Assembly (NCBI RefSeq): GCF_030013595.1
Contig: NZ_CP122768.1
Reading direction: 5' to 3' (one strand)
DNA: 64,000 nt
Source of the DNA: Escherichia coli
GTDB taxonomy: Bacteria; Pseudomonadota; Gammaproteobacteria; Enterobacterales; Enterobacteriaceae
Position 1 is the stretch's first letter, and each line of letters begins with the position of its first letter. Below, one piece after another: positions 1 through 8,551 of this stretch. Both the position numbers and the translations under genes were made by a program. The notes below the pieces were generated by a model. That model was not told where the DNA came from, made no database searches, and saw only the letters and a program-made list of their open reading frames with translations.

Positions 1-73
1 TATCTTTTTGCCCGACAGGATAAGCATGAAGAACGGGAATATCTGCCAGCTCGCGTGATTCTATTTCAATCAT
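1..73 (-). CDS. yjfP: Partial CDS (first 24 codons only, runs off window start): YjfP-like esterase
   Basis: Reverse-strand ATG at 71-73 translates MIEIESRELADIPVLHAYPVGQKD and continues past position 1; matches remembered YjfP N-terminus and expected position next to bsmA. Confidence 0.5.
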   Translation of the reverse strand, partial: MIEIESRELADIPVLHAYPVGQKD

Positions 74-254
74 CTGTCTCTCCTTTTTGTCTGGTATGAC
101 ATGAAGAAATCCTTAGCACAAGTTTCTGCTGGCGGTATTAGTTCATAATGTTGAGATGTGGGTTACGCTTTCGTCACGTTTTCATTCGAAAATCGCGTAC
201 CAGGTAACAATTCGGGAACATTCCCCCAAAGTTAAATTAATAAGGCACTACACT

Positions 255-584
255 ATGGTTAGCAGGAAACGTAATAGCGTTATTTACCGGTTTGCCAGTT
301 TATTATTGGTGTTAATGTTAAGTGCCTGTAGCGCACTGCAAGGTACGCCACAGCCAGCACCGCCAGTAACGGACCATCCGCAAGAGATTCGCCGCGACCA
401 GACGCAAGGGTTACAGCGAATAGGTAGCGTAAGCACGATGGTTCGGGGTTCTCCGGATGACGCATTAGCAGAAATCAGAGCGAAAGCTGTCGCTGCAAAA
501 GCTGATTATTACGTTGTCGTCATGGTGGACGAAACCATCGTGACAGGACAGTGGTATTCACAAGCCATTTTGTACCGTAAATAA
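255..584 (+). CDS. bsmA: DUF1471-family lipoprotein BsmA (YjfO), 109 aa
   Basis: ORF 156..584 trimmed to ATG at 255 (MVSRKRNSV...); signal peptide with lipobox LSAC; length matches remembered K-12 protein. Confidence 0.8.
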   Translation: MVSRKRNSVIYRFASLLLVLMLSACSALQGTPQPAPPVTDHPQEIRRDQTQGLQRIGSVSTMVRGSPDDALAEIRAKAVAAKADYYVVVMVDETIVTGQWYSQAILYRK

Positions 585-732
585 ATCAGACAACTTACAT
601 AGTCAGCTTTACATTGCTTTGCGTCCCTATGCGTTTACCTGTGCACAATAAATTACCGGCTGGAAGCTCGGGCGTTTATTACCGCGATGGAATGCCCTGC
701 AACATGTGGGGAAACGAAAAATGGAGCTGACG

Positions 733-1008
733 ATGAAACAATTACTTGCCTCACCCTCGCTGCAATTAGTGACTTATCCTGCGAGCGCCACGGCACAGTC
801 TGCAGAATTCGCCAGTGCTGACTGCGTGACGGGCCTGAATGAAATAGGTCAGATCTCAGTTAGCAATATTTCAGGGGATCCGCAGGACGTGGAACGTATC
901 GTGGCGTTAAAGGCCGATGAACAAGGTGCGTCATGGTACCGCATTATTACCATGTACGAAGACCAGCAGCCTGATAACTGGCGCGTACAGGCGATACTGT
1001 ATGCATGA
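733..1008 (+). CDS. yjfN: DUF1471-family small periplasmic protein YjfN, 91 aa
   Basis: ORF 706..1008 trimmed to ATG at 733 (MKQLLASPSL...); paralogue of adjacent bsmA; convergent with aidB as expected. Confidence 0.8.
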   Translation: MKQLLASPSLQLVTYPASATAQSAEFASADCVTGLNEIGQISVSNISGDPQDVERIVALKADEQGASWYRIITMYEDQQPDNWRVQAILYA

Positions 1009-1033
1009 GTATCATCTACAGCAAATGAACAAT

Positions 1034-1067
1034 GCCGGATGCGGCGCGAGCGCCTTGTCCGGCCTAC
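1034..1067. repeat. REP (repetitive extragenic palindrome) element
   Basis: gccggatgcggcgcgagcgccttgtccggcctac, imperfect palindrome of the enterobacterial REP type, between convergent yjfN and aidB. Confidence 0.6.
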
Positions 1068-1124
1068 AATTTTCACATATTTCATTGAGTTAATTGAAAC
1101 CAGCGTTGCATCAGTCGTATACGC

Positions 1125-2750
1125 TTACACACACACTCCCCCCGTCGCCCGCAGCAATAAATCATTCTGGATCTGCTCTGACAACCGTACGCCGCCGCGC
1201 GTATCTAACATCACCTGACACCACGCCTGCGCCATTGGCGGAGAGGCATATTTCAACATTTGCGCACCGCAGCCCAGCAGGAATAGCTGATGAGTAATCT
1301 CTCGCCCCAGTTCTTCAGCTGGCTTACGCAGCTGCTGTTGTAAACGACGTACCGCGCGATCAAAATAGCGATCCTGCCCTTTCACTTCCACAAATGCTTC
1401 CGATAATAAGTCGTATACACCCGCTTGCTTATTGAGCACGCGCAGTACATCCAGGCACATAATATTACCGGAACCTTCCCAAATACTGTTTACCGGCATC
1501 TCCCGGTAAAGCCGCGGCAGCTCGCTCTCCTCGCTATAACCAATGCCGCCCAGCACCTCCATCGCTTCGGCCACAAACGGCATACCTCGTTTGCAGATCA
1601 CAAATTTCGCCGCAGGCGTAAATAAACGCGCCCACAGGGCTTCTTTGGCATCGGCACGCCGGTCCCACGCTCGCGCAAGACGAAACAGCAACGCCGTTTG
1701 CCCTTCAAGCTGAAGTGCCATGCGACTTAAGACATGACGCATAAGGGGCTGTTGGATCAATGGATTACCAAAAACATGGCGTTGATGGGCATGATAAATC
1801 GCCAGCGAAAATGCACGGCGCATCATGGCATGGCTACCCAGGGCGCAATCAAAACGCGTCATCCCACCCATTTTCAGGATCAGACGAATTCCTTCCCCTT
1901 CCTGCCCCAACAACCAGCCAATGGCATCCTGAAACTCCACTTCGCAGCTGGCGTTAGAGCGATTACCCAGCTTATCTTTCAGCCGCTCGAGGCGAATCGC
2001 GTTGCGTTGCCCGTCAGGCAAAAAGCGCGGCACAAAAAAGCAGGACAAACCGCCCGTAGTCTGCGCCAGCACCAGATGCGCATCGCTTTGCGGCACCGAG
2101 AAAAACCATTTATGCCCCACCAGCCGATAAGAGCCATCTTCCAGGCGCTCTGCGCGGGTGGTGTTGCTCATGACATCGGAACCGCCCTGCTTTTCCGTCA
2201 TTCCCATGCCAATCAACAAACCGCGTTTTTGCCCACCTGGCAATAAGTGAGAATCGTAGCGATCGCTCAACAGCGGCGTGCTCCAGTCCTGAAACGGCGC
2301 GGGTAACATCTGTAACAGCAATGGCGTGGCGGCAAAGGTCATCGTTATCGGACATAACGACCCTGCCTCAACCTGTGCGTGCAACATCAAACGCGCCGCG
2401 CGCGCCACAAATGCGCCGGAGCGAGCGTCTTCTTCCCAGGCAAGATTGTGCACCCGATTGGTACATAGCGCCTGCATCAATAGGTGCCAGGCGGGGTGAA
2501 AACGCACATCGTCCAGACGCCGCCCCTGGGCATCGTAGCGCAATAATTCAGGCGGATTCACATTCGCCAGCCGCCCCAGTTCAAGGGATTCAGCCGTTCC
2601 TAACTGCTGACCAATACTGGCTAGAAAATCGCTATCCCAGCCAGCACCTTCACGCGTTACCGCTTCGCAGAGCGCGCCATCAGACAGGTATAAGTTGCTG
2701 TTATTTAATGGTATAGGTTGATTAAAAACGGTGTGAGTTTGCCAGTGCAC
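1125..2750 (-). CDS. aidB: Isovaleryl-CoA dehydrogenase-like adaptive-response protein AidB (acyl-CoA dehydrogenase fold), 541 aa
   Basis: ORF 1125..2768; probable GTG start at 2750 (VHWQTHTVFNQPIPL...); acyl-CoA dehydrogenase-like sequence throughout. Confidence 0.9.
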   Translation of the reverse strand: MHWQTHTVFNQPIPLNNSNLYLSDGALCEAVTREGAGWDSDFLASIGQQLGTAESLELGRLANVNPPELLRYDAQGRRLDDVRFHPAWHLLMQALCTNRVHNLAWEEDARSGAFVARAARLMLHAQVEAGSLCPITMTFAATPLLLQMLPAPFQDWSTPLLSDRYDSHLLPGGQKRGLLIGMGMTEKQGGSDVMSNTTRAERLEDGSYRLVGHKWFFSVPQSDAHLVLAQTTGGLSCFFVPRFLPDGQRNAIRLERLKDKLGNRSNASCEVEFQDAIGWLLGQEGEGIRLILKMGGMTRFDCALGSHAMMRRAFSLAIYHAHQRHVFGNPLIQQPLMRHVLSRMALQLEGQTALLFRLARAWDRRADAKEALWARLFTPAAKFVICKRGMPFVAEAMEVLGGIGYSEESELPRLYREMPVNSIWEGSGNIMCLDVLRVLNKQAGVYDLLSEAFVEVKGQDRYFDRAVRRLQQQLRKPAEELGREITHQLFLLGCGAQMLKYASPPMAQAWCQVMLDTRGGVRLSEQIQNDLLLRATGGVCV

Positions 2751-2833
2751 TGTGTCTCCCTCCATCAATGGCAGTCACCCTTAGTATGGTCACTGCCATG
2801 GATTCCTGACAGAAAGAGATTGCTAAAACATTC

Positions 2834-3997
2834 TTATCCAGCAATGTAATGCGGAACGAAACGTGAGGTGTCTTTGGTGATCAGCGTGTTATCTTCACGG
2901 ATCCCCATTCCGCACGCTTCATCATCGACAATCCAGCTACCGATGAGTGTGTAGCTATCGCCAAATCGCGGCAGAGGTTGAAGCGCCTGGTAGATCATCG
3001 GTTCATCGGCGTAATCACCATCAGCGTGGTCAACGACGTTATTCTGACCGTCGAAAATGGTGACGTTTCCGCCTTCGCGTGAGTAGATCGGTTTACGCAC
3101 ATAGCTTTCGCCAGCGGCAATCTGCGGTTTTTCGCCCTCAAACCAGGATGCAAGAAGGTTAGGATGACCAGGAAAGAAACGCCAAAGCAGCGGCATTAAC
3201 CCTTTGTTGCTCAAGATACTTTTCCATAACGGCTCCACCCATTGCTCGCGGCGCTTGCGCAGCAGCGGACCGTTATCGTCACGCATCATCCACTCCAGCG
3301 GATACAGCTTAAATGCACGCTGGATGACATTATCATCAAGATCGGTCAGCACACCGCCGACGCCCAAACCGAGATCTTCAATGTAGATAAACCGCGACTC
3401 CTGCCCTGCCTGCTGGGCGCAGTCCTGCAAGTACAGCACGGTACTCCTGTCTTCATCGGTGTCCTGACAGCAGCAAAAATAAAACGGTTCCCGACTGTAA
3501 AGCTCACTAAAGCGCGAAATCAGGCGTTCCTGAATAGCATTGTACTGATCGGCATCACGCGGAATAATGCCGCTGCGCCGGGCATCCTCCAGCCACAGCC
3601 ACTGGAAATAAGCCGATTCATACAACGAGGTTGGCGTATCGGCGTTGTACTCCAGCAGCTTCACCGGCGCATTGCCACACCAGGCAAAATCCATCCGGCC
3701 ATAGAGCGAAGGATCGCGTGCGCGCCAGCTTTCGGCGATCACATCCCAGTACAACGGCGGGATCGCCAGTTGCGTCAGGATCTCTTCGTCTTTAACCGCG
3801 CGATCCACCACCTCAAGGCACATCTGATGCAGTTCCGCAGTTGGTTTTTCGATCTGCTCTTCAATCTGACGCAGGGTAAAGCGGTAAGCCCGACTCTCAT
3901 CCCAATAGATTTCATTGTCGATGATATGAAAGTCGAAACCGTTGTCAGCGGCGATCTGGTCCAGATCCCACCGTACAGGAACGTTGTGTCTCAGCAT
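2834..3997 (-). CDS. yjfC: Glutathionylspermidine-synthase-like ATP-grasp protein YjfC, 387 aa
   Basis: ORF 2834..4012 trimmed to ATG at 3997 (MLRHNVPVRW...); last gene of the co-directional yjfI-C cluster. Confidence 0.85.
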   Translation of the reverse strand: MLRHNVPVRWDLDQIAADNGFDFHIIDNEIYWDESRAYRFTLRQIEEQIEKPTAELHQMCLEVVDRAVKDEEILTQLAIPPLYWDVIAESWRARDPSLYGRMDFAWCGNAPVKLLEYNADTPTSLYESAYFQWLWLEDARRSGIIPRDADQYNAIQERLISRFSELYSREPFYFCCCQDTDEDRSTVLYLQDCAQQAGQESRFIYIEDLGLGVGGVLTDLDDNVIQRAFKLYPLEWMMRDDNGPLLRKRREQWVEPLWKSILSNKGLMPLLWRFFPGHPNLLASWFEGEKPQIAAGESYVRKPIYSREGGNVTIFDGQNNVVDHADGDYADEPMIYQALQPLPRFGDSYTLIGSWIVDDEACGMGIREDNTLITKDTSRFVPHYIAG

Positions 3998-3999
3998 GA

Positions 4000-4638
4000 T
4001 TAGCCTCCCCAATGCCCACGGGCGCTGGAAGAACGACCATAGCCGCCGCGAGAAACGGTTGACGCTTTTTTGGTGGTAAAGCCGCCCGAAGAATAGGACT
4101 CTTTTTTGCCAGAACCGGAGCGCCAGGAGTAATCACCGGAAGTGTTGCGCCAGACGGGGCGCGAAGCAAAAGAGGAACCGCCGCTGTTATACACAAACTG
4201 CTCGTCGCGATCTTTACGAATAACCCGGCTTAACAAAAATCCAGAAACAACCGGGATCCAACTCTGTTCAACGTTGTCGTAGTAACAATTTTCATACTTA
4301 GACTGACAATTCTGCTGAGTCATATTCTTCGGAACATCGGCATAAAACGCCGCTTTGGCGTTGTTCCAGCCATGAGCACAGATATCTGAATTATTACCGT
4401 CATCAATACAATCCTGCACAGTCGAGTAAAACGTTCCGTCGCCGTCGTTATCGACATCGCCACTATCGCCACAACCTTTCAATACGAAAAAAGCGGCACC
4501 GCCCATTAGCGCCAACGTTAAGTATTTTTGTGCGTAACGATTGCGACGCGGTTCAAAAGGATTATTCGGTCTACCAATGCGACTGATCGCTCCGTGACCA
4601 ATTTTACTGTTATTTCTTGATTTGCGTTTTCTGGCCAT
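4000..4638 (-). CDS. yjfM: Uncharacterised protein YjfM (DUF1190 by recollection), 212 aa, Gly/Ser-rich C-terminus
   Basis: Intact ORF in yjf operon; stop within 3 bp of yjfC start. Confidence 0.8.
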   Translation of the reverse strand: MARKRKSRNNSKIGHGAISRIGRPNNPFEPRRNRYAQKYLTLALMGGAAFFVLKGCGDSGDVDNDGDGTFYSTVQDCIDDGNNSDICAHGWNNAKAAFYADVPKNMTQQNCQSKYENCYYDNVEQSWIPVVSGFLLSRVIRKDRDEQFVYNSGGSSFASRPVWRNTSGDYSWRSGSGKKESYSSGGFTTKKASTVSRGGYGRSSSARGHWGG

Positions 4639-4647
4639 GATCGTCCA

Positions 4648-5046
4648 TTACCATGTCATACAAGCTGCGTTAAAAATACCGCCAGCCAGTGCGGCGGTTC
4701 CCATAAACATTCCTGCTGCGGTATTGTGATTAATAATTTTTTCGCTTAATGCGGGCATATAAAGTCTGACGCCAGCAAAAACGAGTAACTGAATCACCAG
4801 TGCGATCCCGCCCCAGGCGAAATAGTCTGGAATACTCACCGCATTGATTGCCGCACTGGATAAGGGGATCACGTAACCCAACAATGTACCGCTGAACGCC
4901 AGTGACGCCGCGGTATTATTGTTTTTGATTAACTGCCATTCGTTGTGCGGTGTAATTTTAGAATAGATAAACAGAAAAATAATCACCATAGCCACGCCAA
5001 TAAAAAAATAGGCACTAAAGGCAAGAAGAGAATCCAGTATATGCAT
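4648..5046 (-). CDS. yjfL: Small inner-membrane protein YjfL (DUF350-like), 132 aa
   Basis: ORF 4648..5127 trimmed to ATG at 5046 (MHILDSLLAFSAYFFIGVAMVII...); hydrophobic throughout. Confidence 0.8.
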   Translation of the reverse strand: MHILDSLLAFSAYFFIGVAMVIIFLFIYSKITPHNEWQLIKNNNTAASLAFSGTLLGYVIPLSSAAINAVSIPDYFAWGGIALVIQLLVFAGVRLYMPALSEKIINHNTAAGMFMGTAALAGGIFNAACMTW

Positions 5047-5063
5047 TGTAAACGTCCTTGTAA

Positions 5064-5723
5064 TTAACCAATAATATGAAGTGATGTCAGCGGGATATCG
5101 ACACCCAACGCGCGCGAAAATAACCACTCTGGCTCGCCGAGATCGTTAAAAGATTCCTCACCATTTAGCAGCAAATATTCGTAAGTATCTTCGGTTACTT
5201 GCCGTTGGTAGCCCATGGTAAAATTATGTACTTCCCATTTGGCATGGTTTTGATTTTCTACTTTTTCCAGCATGTAGACGGGTTCGATATTTCCCGGTTC
5301 TTCGCTGTTAAAAAATCGCTGCCAGCGTTTTTCCTGCCAGTTTAAGGTCATTGCCCCCATCGCTTTGGCATTGATCGTCTCGCGCCAGTGACTCTCTTTA
5401 CTGATACCGTAGCTCTCTTCATAGACAAAGAGCTTGATATCATCAATGTCATCAATATTTTCGCCGCCGGTGGTATTGATTTGCAGAAACTCATCGCCTG
5501 AAGTGTAGTAGCGGAAAATCTGGCTACCGCCGCCCAGATCGATGTGACTGACAGCGGCTACCGTAAATTCCTCACCCGGCAGCGCAATCAGCAATTCATC
5601 TTCCAGCAAACGAAATGCTAACGTGTCGAGCGTAAAGCCACTATTGAGATGCAGACCCAGCGGACCGCGAGCGATAGCAGGCTTATTATCCTTGCCAAAG
5701 AGACGCTGGAAAAAACCAGACAT
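5064..5723 (-). CDS. yjfK: Uncharacterised protein YjfK (DUF2491 by recollection), 219 aa
   Basis: Intact ORF (MSGFFQRLFGKDNKPAIARGPLGL...); yjf operon position. Confidence 0.8.
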   Translation of the reverse strand: MSGFFQRLFGKDNKPAIARGPLGLHLNSGFTLDTLAFRLLEDELLIALPGEEFTVAAVSHIDLGGGSQIFRYYTSGDEFLQINTTGGENIDDIDDIKLFVYEESYGISKESHWRETINAKAMGAMTLNWQEKRWQRFFNSEEPGNIEPVYMLEKVENQNHAKWEVHNFTMGYQRQVTEDTYEYLLLNGEESFNDLGEPEWLFSRALGVDIPLTSLHIIG

Positions 5724-5772
5724 ATTTTATCCTTAAAATAGTTGCCAGCCTTGCAGTGAGGCTGGCAAAAAA

Positions 5773-6471
5773 TTACTCGCCCTGTTGGCGTTGCAGTCTT
5801 GCTAATACATCCTGGGCGCTACTTTTATTGCTACCGCCTATTCCGGCTTCCGCCAGCTTTTCATCAAGATCGCGACCGTCTGCGACTTTTTCCAACTGTG
5901 CAGCAGCATCCAGGCGAGCCTGACGTTCGGCCTGACGCGTTTGCAGGCGTTTTAAGGATTCTGCCGCTGTCGAAACGCTGGAAGATGCGCCAACGGTAGA
6001 GGTCGTTACAGCCTGTTGTGCACGCTGCATGGCTTCAGTAGCTTTAACGACTTCCATTTGCTGCTCAAACTGAGCGATACGCTGCGCTGTCGCTGTAACT
6101 GCTTTTTCCACGCCATCACGAGAGACTTCCAGATTCGACAACACTTGCTCTTCAGCGGTAATGAGATTCTCAAGGCGCGCGATTTCTTCAGCAACTTCGT
6201 TAATCAACGACGGATTAACGTTCTTGCTTAACGCTTCCAGCGCACGGGCTTCCAGACTGGCTTTGCGCTCACGTAAATCTTTCAGCTTATCGTGACTTAA
6301 TTTCACCCGCGCCAGCAGATCAACGCGAGATTTTCCGGCTTTATCGAGTTCAGCTTTAGCGTCACGAATATGCTGTTCCAGCATGCGCACGCCCTGGGTT
6401 TCTTCAATGGATTCTTCCGCCTGAGAGATAAACGATTTCCCCAGCGTAAATAAACTTTTTAAAATTCCCAT
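5773..6471 (-). CDS. yjfJ: PspA/IM30-family coiled-coil protein YjfJ, 232 aa
   Basis: Intact ORF; long heptad-like Ala/Glu/Arg/Leu/Gln-rich helices typical of the PspA/Vipp1 family. Confidence 0.85.
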   Translation of the reverse strand: MGILKSLFTLGKSFISQAEESIEETQGVRMLEQHIRDAKAELDKAGKSRVDLLARVKLSHDKLKDLRERKASLEARALEALSKNVNPSLINEVAEEIARLENLITAEEQVLSNLEVSRDGVEKAVTATAQRIAQFEQQMEVVKATEAMQRAQQAVTTSTVGASSSVSTAAESLKRLQTRQAERQARLDAAAQLEKVADGRDLDEKLAEAGIGGSNKSSAQDVLARLQRQQGE

Positions 6472-6489
6472 AAATACCCGTCCTTGTAA

Positions 6490-6891
6490 TTAGAGTGAAT
6501 ATTCTTCTGTAATTTCAGCCAGATCCAATGCGTTATCTACCAGCGAGGTTATCTCAAGCAGGATATCTTCAAGAGAAGATTTAAGCGATAACGCCCCGAA
6601 AACAATGTAATACTCTTCATGTTGCACGCTGGAGATCCCTACCGATGACAACGGCATCATCTTCTGATTTCTTAATAAGAAGGTATTAAATTCATCTGGA
6701 TTGCTGATACTACTTACCGGACAAATAAAGGTTTCGATAATCATTTGGCGGGAAGTAAATAGAATATTGATTTGCAAATCGCCATAATCATTCATTTTAA
6801 TAATTAATGCGTTCTCGCCATTTGTTACATCAATATTTTGTTCAGGTACAGTTTGCAGCGCCGTCGCCAGCGCCAACGGATTCCATGTCAT
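6490..6891 (-). CDS. yjfI: Uncharacterised protein YjfI (DUF2170 by recollection), 133 aa
   Basis: Intact ORF, ATG at 6889-6891; first gene of yjfIJKLMC; AT-rich promoter-like sequence upstream at 6892-6970. Confidence 0.8.
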   Translation of the reverse strand: MTWNPLALATALQTVPEQNIDVTNGENALIIKMNDYGDLQINILFTSRQMIIETFICPVSSISNPDEFNTFLLRNQKMMPLSSVGISSVQHEEYYIVFGALSLKSSLEDILLEITSLVDNALDLAEITEEYSL

Positions 6892-6971
6892 ATATTATTC
6901 CATATAAATTAAGTTTAAATATTAATAAAATGAATATTTGCAGTACGTAATTATCTTACCAGCTATAGACA

Positions 6972-7680
6972 AATAAATATCCTCCGGCATAGCCGGAGGT
7001 TTTTCAAATGCGCCTGTAAGGCTCTGTTACCAGCCGCGCCCTAACAGGCGCATACGATCTGACATTTGCATTCAACTTCGTTACTTACGGCCCGTAAACG
7101 GGCTGCCCGGATATGGAATCGATAACTGCTCCCCCATTTTATCCTCTTCAAGCTGGTGCTTTATGTAGTCCTGTATCTTCGCCGTGTTCTTACCCACCGT
7201 ATCGACATAGTACCCTCGGCACCAGAACTCCCTGTTTCTGTATTTGAATTTCAAATCCCCAAACTGCTCGTAAAGCATCAGACTGCTTTTCCCTTTCAGA
7301 TATCCCATAAAGCCGGATACGCTCATTTTGGGTGGGATTTCCACAAGCATATGGATATGATCTGCGCAGCACTCTGCTTCCAGAATCCGTACGCTTTTCC
7401 ACTCACACAGCTTTCTCAAAATACTGCCTATCGCCCTACGCTTCTCTCCGTAAAACGCCAGTCTTCGGTATTTCGGCGCAAAAACTATGTGATATTTACA
7501 GTTCCAGCGGGTGTGCGCTAAGCTCTTTTCGTCCCCCATTGGGACCCCCTTTTGATTTCTTGTTTGACACTTGCAGTTGCCAGACCGCAAGGTGTTTTAA
7601 CAAATCAAAAGGGGTTTTAATAACTGGCTCAAAGCTGAAAGCTTTCCGGAACCCCCAGCCTAGCTGGGGGTTTTCTGTGC
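6972..7680 (-). mobile_element. IS200 insertion sequence (IS200/IS605 family), about 707 bp; ends estimated to within roughly 10 bp
   Basis: Contains tnpA (7081-7539); subterminal hairpin 7652-7670 (cccccagc/gctggggg); stem-loop 7546-7614 pairing the Shine-Dalgarno sequence; hairpins 6981-6999 and 7008-7053 at the other end; rlmB-to-yjfI spacing is about 710 bp longer than I expect for the native intergenic region. Confidence 0.8.
7081..7539 (-). CDS. tnpA: IS200 transposase TnpA (Y1/HUH single-strand transposase), 152 aa
   Basis: ORF 7081..7590 trimmed to ATG at 7539 (MGDEKSLAHTRWNCKYHIVFAPKYRR...HIHMLVEIPPK...); HxH motif and catalytic Tyr region recognisable. Confidence 0.9.
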   Translation of the reverse strand: MGDEKSLAHTRWNCKYHIVFAPKYRRLAFYGEKRRAIGSILRKLCEWKSVRILEAECCADHIHMLVEIPPKMSVSGFMGYLKGKSSLMLYEQFGDLKFKYRNREFWCRGYYVDTVGKNTAKIQDYIKHQLEEDKMGEQLSIPYPGSPFTGRK

Positions 7681-7682
7681 AC

Positions 7683-7709
7683 AAAAAAAAACCATCCAAA
7701 TCTGGATGG
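7683..7709 (-). terminator. Rho-independent terminator downstream of rlmB
   Basis: Minus strand reads gccatccagatttggatgg followed by nine T, about 20 nt after the rlmB stop. Confidence 0.6.
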
Positions 7710-7729
7710 CTTTTCATAATTCAGAGGAA

Positions 7730-8461
7730 CTAGCTGCGCTGTCGCACCGCTTCAAATAAGCAAATCCCTGTCGCCACAGAAACGTTCAGGGAAGAAACGC
7801 TTCCTGCCATTGGGATGCTGATCAACTCGTCGCAATGTTCACGAGTCAGGCGACGCATACCTTCACCTTCCGCGCCCATCACCAGTGCCAGCCGTCCGGT
7901 CATTTTGCTCTGATAAAGTGTATGATCCGCCTCACCTGCCGTACCGACGATCCAGATATTCTCTTCCTGCAACATACGCATGGTGCGCGCAAGGTTAGTC
8001 ACCCGAATCAGCGGAACACTTTCTGCCGCGCCGCAGGCTACTTTTTTCGCCGTGGCGTTGAGCTGTGCGGAGCGATCTTTCGGCACAATCACCGCATGAA
8101 CACCAGCGGCGTCCGCGCTACGCAGGCACGCGCCGAGGTTGTGCGGATCGGTTACGCCGTCGAGGATCAGCAGGAACGGTTGATCGAGCGAAGCGATCAG
8201 ATCCGGCAGATCGTTTTCCTGATACTGCCGTCCTGGCTTCACACGGGCGATAATGCCCTGATGCACGGCACCGTCGCTTTTCTCGTCGAGATACTGACGG
8301 TTCGCCAACTGGATAACCACGCCCTGGGACTCAAGGGCGTGAATCAGCGGTAACAGACGTTTATCTTCACGGCCTTTTAAAATAAAGACTTCCTGAAAAC
8401 GTTCAGGGGCGCGCTCCAGCAGGGCCTGCACTGCGTGGATGCCGTAAATCATTTCGCTCAT
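7730..8461 (-). CDS. rlmB: 23S rRNA (Gm2251) 2'-O-methyltransferase RlmB, 243 aa
   Basis: Intact ORF ([26 protein letters not shown]...); SpoU/TrmH-type sequence; downstream of rnr. Confidence 0.9.
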
Positions 8462-8551
8462 TAATGTACTCGTTGTTTACGTTTTGCCGGGAGCGCCACG
8501 CTTGCCCGGCCTACGGATAATTCACCCTCTTCTGTTTGAAGAGGGTTATGA

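Noticed and set aside
3242-4003. 253-aa ORF on the plus strand
   Set aside because: Antisense to yjfC within a tightly packed minus-strand operon.
6981-7004. Hairpin plus T-run as the native rlmB terminator
   Set aside because: It is in the wrong orientation to terminate minus-strand rlmB transcription and lies within 10 bp of the predicted IS200 end, so I treat it as the IS200 subterminal hairpin; the alternative is not excluded.
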